Assembly (NCBI GenBank): GCA_964016885.1
Contig: OZ024742.1
Coordinates: forward strand, 374,108,001-374,172,000
DNA length: 64,000 nt
From: Eledone cirrhosa
Lineage: Eukaryota
Reading direction: 5' to 3'
Positions 58,641 to 64,000 of this stretch are shown in pieces. A program made the position numbers and the translations under genes. Each line of letters starts with the position of its first letter. Positions within the stretch are counted from its first letter, which is position 1. Under the pieces are notes generated by a model, which worked only from the letters and a program-made list of their open reading frames with translations, ran no database searches and had not been told where the DNA came from.

Positions 58641-61600
58641 CATATATAACATATATTACACATATAACATATAACATATATATAACATATATAACATATA
58701 TAACATATAACATATATAATATATATAGCATATAACATATATAACATATAACATATATAACATATATAACATATAACATATAACATATATAACATATATA
58801 ACATATAACAGAAAATATATAACATATAATATATAACATATCTAACATATATAACATATAACATACAACATATATAACATATATAACATATATAACATAT
58901 ATAACATATATAACATATATGACATATGTAACATATATAACATATATAACATATATAGCATATAACATATATAACTTGTATAACATATAACATATATAAC
59001 ATATATAACATATAGAACATATAAGATATATAACATATATAACGTATGACATATAAAAAATATATATAACATATAACATATATAATATATAACATATATA
59101 TCATATAACCTATTTAACATATAACATATATAAAATATATACAACATATATAACATATAACATATAATATTTAACATATAACATATATAATATATAACAT
59201 ATAACATATATTATAGATAACATATATAACATATAACATATATAACATATATAACGTATATAATATATAACTTATATAACATATATAACATATAACATAT
59301 ATAATATATAACATATATAACATATGGAACATATAACATATATAATATATATAGCATATATAACATGTGACATATATAATATATATAGCATATAACATAT
59401 ATAACATATAACATATAACATATATAATATATATAACATATAGTAGATATAACATATATACAACATATATAATATATATGTAACATATATAACATATATA
59501 ACATATATAACATATATAACATATATAACATAGAACATATATAATATATAACATATAGAACATATAACACATATAATATATATAACATATATAACATATC
59601 ACATATATAATATATATAATATATAACATATATAACATATATAATATATAACATATATAACATATATAACATATATAACATATAACATATATAATATATG
59701 GCATATATAACATATATAACATATATAACATATATAACATATAACATATACAATATATAACATATATAACATATAACATATAACATATATAACATATATA
59801 ACATATATAATATATATAGCATATAACATATATAACATATAACATATACCATATATAACATATATAACATATGTAACATATATAACATGTATATAATATA
59901 ACATGTATACAATATATAACATATATAACATGTAACATATATATAACATATATAACATATATCATATAAAATATATAAAATATATAAAATATATAAAATT
60001 TAACATATATAATATATAACATTTATGACATATAACATTTATAACATATAACATATATAACATATATAATATATAACATATATAACGTATATAACATATA
60101 TAACATATATAACATTTAACATATATAACACATATAACATATTTAACATATATAACATATATAACATATAAAACATATAACATATATAACATATATAACA
60201 TATTTAACATATATGGCATATAACATATATAACATATAACATATAACATATAACATATATAACATATATTACATATAAAATGTATATAAAATATATAATA
60301 TATATATAACTTATATGACATATATAACATATATAACATATCACATCTATAATATATATAACATATAACATATATAATATATAACATATATAACATATAA
60401 CATATATTACATATAACATATATATAACATATATAAAATATAATATATAACATATATAACATATATAACATATATAACATATAACATACAACATATATAA
60501 CATATATAACATATAACATATATAACATATATAATATATATAACATATATAACATGTATAACATATTTAACATATATATAACCTATATAACATATAACAT
60601 ATAAATAACATATATAACATATAATATTTAACATATAACATATATAACATATATAATATATAACATATAACATATATAATATATAACATATATAACATAT
60701 AACATATATAACATATATAACGTATATAATATATAACTTGTATAACATATATAACATATAACATATATAATATATAACATATATAACATATATAACATAT
60801 AACATATATAACATACAACATATATAACATATATAACATATATAACATATAACATATAACATATATAACATATATAATATATAACATATAACATATATAA
60901 TATATAACATATAGAATATATAACATATATAACATATAACATATAACATATATAATATAAATAATATATAAAATATGACATATATAATATATAACATATA
61001 TAACATATATAACATATAACATATATAACATATAATATATATAATATATACCTTATATAACATATAGAATATATAACATATATAATATATATAACATATA
61101 TAACATATAACATATATAACATATATAACATATAACATATATAATATATAACATATATAACATATAACATATAAAATATATAATATATAACATATATAAA
61201 ATATATAATATATATAACATGTAACAAATATATAACATATATAACATATATAACATATAACATATATAATATATAACATATATAACATATATAACATATA
61301 TAACATATATAACATATAACATATATAACATATATAACATATATAACATATATAACATATAACATATATATAACATATATTATATATATAACATATAACA
61401 TATATAACATATATAACATATATAACATATATAACATACATAACATATAACATATATAATATATAACATATATAACATATAGAACATATATAACATATAT
61501 AATATATAACATATATAACATATATAACATATAACATATATATAAACATATATAACATATAATATATAACATATAACATATATAACATATAATATATAAC

Positions 61601-64000
61601 ATATAACATATATAACATATATAACATATATAACATATAACATATAATATATAACATTTATAACATATAGAACATATAACATATATAATATATATAACAT
61701 ATATCACATATGACGTATATAACATATATAACATATAACATATATAATATATAACATATATAACATATATAATATATATAACAAATATAGCATATAACAT
61801 ATATAACATATATAACATAATATATATAACATATATAACATATATAACATATAATATATATAATATACAACATATATAACATATATCATATAACGTATAT
61901 AACATATATAACATATAACATATATATAATATATAACATATATAAAATATATAACATATATAACATATATAACATATATAATATATAACATATATAACAT
62001 AAATAATATATAACATATATAAACATATATAACATATAATATATAACATATATAACATATATAATATATATCATATAACATATATAATATATAACATATA
62101 TAACATATATCATATATAACATATATAACATATATAATATATAACATATATAACATATATAACATATAACATATATAACATATATAACATATATAACATA
62201 TAACATATAATGTATGACATATATGACATATAGAACATATAACATATATAATATATATAACATATATAACATATGACGTATATAACATATATAACATATA
62301 ACTTATAAAATATATAACATATATAAAGTATAACATATATGACATATATAATATATAACATATATAACATATAACATATAATATATAACATATATAACAT
62401 ATAGAACATATAACATATATAATATATATAACAAATATAACATATGACGTATATAACATATATAACATATAACATATATAATATATGACATATATAACAT
62501 ATAACATATATAACATATATAATATATAACATATATAACATATATATAACATATATAATATATAACATATAAATAACATATATAACATATAATATTTAAC
62601 ATATAACATATATAACATATATAATATATAACATATAAAATATATAATATATAACATATATAACATATATAATATATAACATATAACATATAAAATATAT
62701 AACATATATAACATATAACATATATAACATATATAACGTATATAATATATAAATTATATAACATATATAACATATAACATATATAACATATATAACATAT
62801 ATAACATATATAATATATAACATATAGAACATATAGAACATATATCATATATAATATATATAACATATATAACATGTGACATATATAACATATATAAAAT
62901 ATAACATATAAAATATAACATATATAATATATAACATATATAACATATTACATATATAACATATATAATATATAACATATATAACACATATGACATATAT
63001 AACATATAACATATATATAACACATATAACATATAACATATAACATATATAACATATAAAACATATAACATATGATATATATAACACATATAACATATAT
63101 AATATATAACATATATAACATATAACATATATAACATATATAACATATATAAGAATATAACATATATAACATATATAACGTATAATATATACAACATATA
63201 TAACATATATTACATATATAACATACAACATATATAACATATAACATATAACATATATAACATATATAATATATATAACATATAACATATATAATATATA
63301 TAACATATATAACATACAACATATATAACATATATAACATATATAACATATATAACATATATAACATATATAATATATATAAAATATATAACATATAACA
63401 TATATAACATATATAATATATAACATATAACATATATAATATATAACATATATAACATATAACGTATATTACATATATAACGTATATAATATATAACTTA
63501 TATAACATATATAACATATAACATATATAACATATATAACATAACATATATAATATATAACATATAGAACATATAGAACATATATCATATATAATATATA
63601 TAACATATATAACATGTGACATATATAACATATATAAAATATAACATATATAACATATAACATATATAATATATAACATATATAACATATAAAATATATA
63701 AAATATATAATATATAACATATATAACACATATCACATATATAACATATGACATATATATAACATATATAACATATAATATATAACATATATAACATATA
63801 AAACATATAACATATAACATATATAACACATATAACATATATAATATATTACATATATAAGATATAACATATTTAACATATATAACATATATAAGAATAT
63901 AACATATATAACATATATAACGTATAATATATACAACATATATAACATATATTACATATATAATATATATAACATATATAACATATAACATATAACATAT

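Larger units (their letters stand above)
1..64000. repeat. Compound AT-rich satellite array of interspersed 9-bp ACATATATA, 7-bp ACATATA and ATATATA(TA) units, with rarer 5- and 11-bp units; runs off both window ends
   Basis: Seen directly in every line except 7337-7564. The + strand has C and AA but very little G or TT. Point variants (TAGAAC, TGAC, TAGC, TCAC, TTTAAC, ACGT) are scattered throughout. Confidence 0.99.

Noticed and set aside
99-63991. Hundreds of long ORFs (up to 777 aa) of MLY/VIY/ICY composition
   Set aside because: They are translations of the satellite's stop-free strand. They overlap in all three frames, have no domain content and flip strand with the inversion.
1-64000. 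CRISPR array or other repeat-spacer system
   Set aside because: There are no unique spacers between constant repeats and no cas or other genes.
1-64000. Telomerase-made degenerate telomeric tract (strand-asymmetric, variable unit length)
   Set aside because: It has no G-runs and matches no telomere motif I know. Kb-scale duplications, accumulated point variants and an internal LINE indicate recombinational satellite evolution. Chromosomal position cannot be seen from this window.
1-64000. Fungal RIP (CpA to TpA) as the source of ATATATA units and AT richness
   Set aside because: Most units keep CpA, and the LINE fragment keeps many CpA/TpG and CpG sites with an open frame.
1-64000. Abundant TATATAA TATA-box-like motifs
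   Set aside because: They are an inevitable product of the monomer and there is no downstream gene.

Overview
This window is essentially non-coding. About 99.6% of it is one strand-asymmetric, extremely AT-rich tandem satellite (roughly 11-13% GC by eye, nearly all as C on the + strand). It is built from short odd-length units, mainly ACATATATA (9 bp), ACATATA (7 bp) and ATATATA/ATATATATA. The roughly 300 long MLY/VIY/ICY ORFs are artefacts: the unmutated - strand of these units has no stop triplet in any frame. Four real structures sit on top of the satellite. (1) A ~1.15-kb diverged fold-back palindrome centred near 5567, made by an inverted ~590-bp copy at ~4976-5566. (2) A ~20-bp micro-inversion at ~6693-6712 with palindromic junctions. 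(3) The only unique sequence, a ~228-bp 5'-truncated 3' end of an RTE-like LINE on the - strand with a (TAGA)4 tail, at 7337-7564. (4) A nested hierarchy of duplications (68 bp, 132 bp, 705 bp, 1.34 kb, 2576/3327 bp, 3404 bp, 3735 bp, ~9.65 kb), most nearly identical between ~25.6 and 49 kb. The picture fits eukaryotic, probably animal, heterochromatic satellite; that is inference. I see no protein-coding gene, RNA gene, CRISPR array or gene-based novel system. All coordinates and offsets were read by eye or from the ORF track, and boundaries inside the repeat are approximate.
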